DNA of 7,205 nucleotides from Candidatus Auribacterota bacterium (GTDB lineage Bacteria; Auribacterota; UBA6266): NCBI GenBank assembly GCA_023136205.1, contig JAGLRQ010000131.1, positions 1 to 7,205 of the forward strand, read 5' to 3'. Shown piece by piece: positions 6,276 to 7,205 of this stretch (position 1 is its first letter; each line of letters starts with the position of its first letter). The notes under the pieces were generated by a model. It saw only the letters and a program-made list of their open reading frames with translations, ran no database searches and was not told where the DNA came from. The position numbers and the translations under genes were made by a program.

Positions 6276-6795
6276 GACAAATTTTATCCAGCATTTTTAA
6301 GATTATCAAACTGTAATAAGGATACATTTTGTTATAAATCTCTTCTACGCTGCTGCTCCCGGCAACATCTAAAAATTCTTCAAAGAGGACTTCCCCTTCA
6401 TCCACTTTTTGTGTCATAAAATGAGCGCCGACACTCGCTTTAAACTCTTTATCAGCAAAAGCACGCCCTACGGGATTTGCCCCCTTGTATTTGTACAAAT
6501 AAGGATGGACATTAACCGCGCCCAGCTTCGGTAAATCCAGCAAGTTCTGTTTAACAATTTCTCTTCCATGCACACTTAAAAGCAAATCTGATTCATTTAA
6601 AAATTTAATAAAATTTTCATCTTTTACGCTTTTATAAACAGGAATCCCAAAAGATTCCAGGACATCCGTAAGCTCTTCGGAATAACTAACGGCAGATAAA
6701 ATTTCATATCCCTTAGACAATACCGTAAGGGCGCCTACAAGGCCAGCCTGCCTGCCGCCCATAAAGCAAATCTTTAATTTTTTTTCTATTCCCAC
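6262..6795 (-). CDS. Short formyltransferase-fold protein (Formyl_trans_N-like), candidate sugar N-formyl (or other acyl) transferase
   Basis: The 177-aa ORF starts at GTG 6795, preceded by a strong SD. The N-terminal Rossmann strand KICFMGG resembles the MKI.F.G start of Fmt/PurN. GAVNVHPYLYKYKGANP corresponds to the N-x-H-x-S-L-L-P-x-x-R-G block (Asn95, His97). HFMTQKVDEGEVL corresponds to the ..D.G.I(L) block (Asp132). The His-to-Asp spacing of 35 residues is close to that in PurN. The protein lacks the Fmt-type C-terminal domain. Confidence 0.7.
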   Translation of the reverse strand: MGIEKKLKICFMGGRQAGLVGALTVLSKGYEILSAVSYSEELTDVLESFGIPVYKSVKDENFIKFLNESDLLLSVHGREIVKQNLLDLPKLGAVNVHPYLYKYKGANPVGRAFADKEFKASVGAHFMTQKVDEGEVLFEEFLDVAGSSSVEEIYNKMYPYYSLIILKMLDKICHENR

Positions 6796-7205
6796 AATTT
6801 ACTCCTTTTAATTATTCTTATTGCTCCGTTTCTATCCACAAGAGCATTTCCGCTTTTTTTACGTTTCTGCCTTTCCCTATGAGATTGCAAAACATTAACA
6901 CTTTCCGCGATATTTAACGACAAGTCAGGGCCGTTATACCAGCCCGCGTTCTCAATAAAAAGATTTTGCCGCAGGCTCTTCAAATTAAGCTCCTGGTTCT
7001 CCGCGAAACAAACTGCTATTGTAGGAACACCTACTGCCGCCAGTTCATAAAGAGTCTGGCCACCCCCCGAAATACACAAGTCCGTATCAAGCATAAGCTT
7101 CAACATCGAATCCGCATCTATCCTTTTTTTACAAGTATCTACGACATTAACTTCAAAACCAAACTGAGACTCCAAAAACGTAACAACTTTACCCTGCAAA
7201 TCTTT
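6786..7205 (-). CDS. pseG: C-terminal half of a PseG/MurG-type (Glyco_tran_28_C-like) UDP-sugar hydrolase; the 5' end lies beyond the right window edge
   Basis: The frame is open to nt 7205 (AAA GAT TTG CAG..), so the TTG 'start' at 7199 in the ORF track is an artefact of the window edge. The motif DLCISGGGQTLYELAAVGVPTIAVCFAENQELNLKSL matches the GT28 C-domain/PseG block (I.(S/A)(G/A)G.T..E....G.P......A.NQ......L). Only about 139 aa are present, whereas PseG-type proteins need an additional N-domain. The gene lies two genes upstream of the pseI-like gene. The symbol is assigned from motif plus context and is not certain. Confidence 0.6.
   Translation of the reverse strand, partial: KDLQGKVVTFLESQFGFEVNVVDTCKKRIDADSMLKLMLDTDLCISGGGQTLYELAAVGVPTIAVCFAENQELNLKSLRQNLFIENAGWYNGPDLSLNIAESVNVLQSHRERQKRKKSGNALVDRNGAIRIIKRSKLWE
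6802..6807 (-). promoter_or_regulatory. Canonical Shine-Dalgarno AAGGAG, 6 nt upstream of the GTG start of the formyltransferase-like gene
   Basis: The minus strand reads AAAAGGAGTAAATTGTG. The SD lies inside the 3' end of the upstream PseG-like ORF, and it supports GTG 6795 as the true start. Confidence 0.7.

Noticed and set aside
1145-6419. The other plus-strand ORFs in the track (1145..1327, 2411..2605, 2550..2834, 3629..3814, 3745..3942, 5488..5727, 6012..6419)
   Set aside because: All are fully embedded antisense in long minus-strand genes that have family motifs. They are short, have odd composition (rich in R/S/F/C), and have no SD or motif support. The 135-aa ORF at 6012..6419 even spans a gene junction on the other strand.
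7197-7199. TTG at 7199 given as the start of the 137-aa ORF
   Set aside because: The frame stays open to the window edge (K-D precede it). The encoded segment is only the C-domain of a two-domain GT28/PseG fold, so the true start must lie upstream, outside the window.
1-7205. Possibility of a defence system, mobile element, CRISPR array, or tRNA/ncRNA gene
   Set aside because: I found no nuclease, ATPase, integrase or transposase motifs and no repeat-spacer periodicity. There are no inverted terminal repeats. No non-coding stretch exceeds 25 nt, so nothing could host an RNA gene. Every gene fits a glycan-biosynthesis operon.

Overview
The whole 7.2-kb window is a fragment of one tightly packed operon. 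All seven coding regions are on the minus strand, and the largest non-coding gaps are 10, 23 and 25 nt. In minus-strand 5'->3' order the genes are:
1. The C-terminal half of a PseG/MurG-type UDP-sugar hydrolase, cut by the right edge.
2. A 177-aa formyltransferase-fold protein with an intact Asn-x-His...Asp catalytic signature.
3. A 344-aa NeuB-family nonulosonic-acid synthase with a SAF domain, PseI-like.
4. A 616-aa soluble protein I cannot assign to a named family. Its C-terminal two thirds look GT-B/Rossmann-like.
5. A 493-aa multi-TM MOP/Wzx-type flippase.
6. A second, divergent 294-aa NeuB-family synthase that lacks the SAF domain.
7. An ORF absent from the supplied ORF track because it is open at the left edge. 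I translated it by hand (321 codons, no stop). It is an SpsF/COG1861-type cytidylyltransferase fused in frame to the N-terminal domain of a second PseG-like hydrolase.
Taken together this is a pseudaminic-acid-type nonulosonic acid (NulO) glycan locus with unusual content. It has two synthases and two PseG-like modules. A formyltransferase sits where the PseH acetyltransferase normally is, and an orphan large protein sits where the NulO transferase would be expected. I see no rRNA, tRNA, CRISPR array, transposase/integrase, terminator or convincing promoter. All plus-strand ORFs in the track are antisense shadows of the minus-strand genes. The DNA is AT-rich and I cannot assign a taxon. All family calls come from motif recognition by eye and need HMM or structure confirmation.
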